From contig QHTZ01000055.1 in the NCBI GenBank assembly GCA_003221005.1, positions 33,896 through 49,844 on the forward strand: 15,949 nucleotides of DNA, given 5' to 3'. This document shows positions 15,879 through 15,949 of this stretch, piece by piece. How positions within the stretch are numbered: position 1 is the stretch's first letter; every line of letters starts with the position of its first letter. Both the position numbers and the translations under genes were made by a program. The notes below the pieces were generated by a model that was not told the DNA's origin, searched no databases, and worked only from the letters and a program-made list of their open reading frames with translations. The stretch comes from Gemmatimonadota bacterium. Lineage in GTDB: Bacteria > Gemmatimonadota > Gemmatimonadetes > Gemmatimonadales > GWC2-71-9.

Positions 15879-15949
15879 ATGGCGAAGCCCCGGGAGCTGC
15901 GGCGCCGCATCCGATCAGTCCAGAACACGCGCAAGATCACGAAGACGAT
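15879..15949 (+). CDS. atpG: F0F1 ATP synthase subunit gamma (3' partial)
   Basis: MAKPRELRRRIRSVQNTRKITKT, starting 1 bp after the atpA stop. Confidence 0.93.
   Translation, partial: MAKPRELRRRIRSVQNTRKITKT

Overview
GC-rich bacterial window, probably Gemmatimonadota (inferred from gene content and order, not verified). The right half (8028-15949) is core genome: a minus-strand cluster of 7 tRNAs (Ala-GGC, Gly-GCC, fMet, Val-GAC, Arg-ACG, Pro-CGG, Arg-CCG) with a near-consensus sigma70 promoter, then a divergent RpoD-like sigma factor, mlaE-mlaF-mlaD, a NUDIX hydrolase, an AraC-type regulator, atpA and the start of atpG. The left half (1-8027) is an accessory region downstream of tRNA-Arg(CCG). 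It carries unrelated cargo genes: an outer-membrane-like protein, a PD-(D/E)XK-like protein, a Kelch protein, a thioredoxin/TPR protein and an FAD oxidoreductase. These are separated by repeated tRNA fragments and conserved non-coding modules resembling tyrosine-integrase att sites (anticodon-loop core, IHF-like site, tandem arm-like repeats), but no intact integrase is present in the window. Two main findings: (1) this integrase-less tandem array of small cargo modules at tRNA-Arg(CCG); (2) a probable selenoprotein missed by the ORF track (4915-5490, UxxC motif with a SECIS-like hairpin) carried inside one module.
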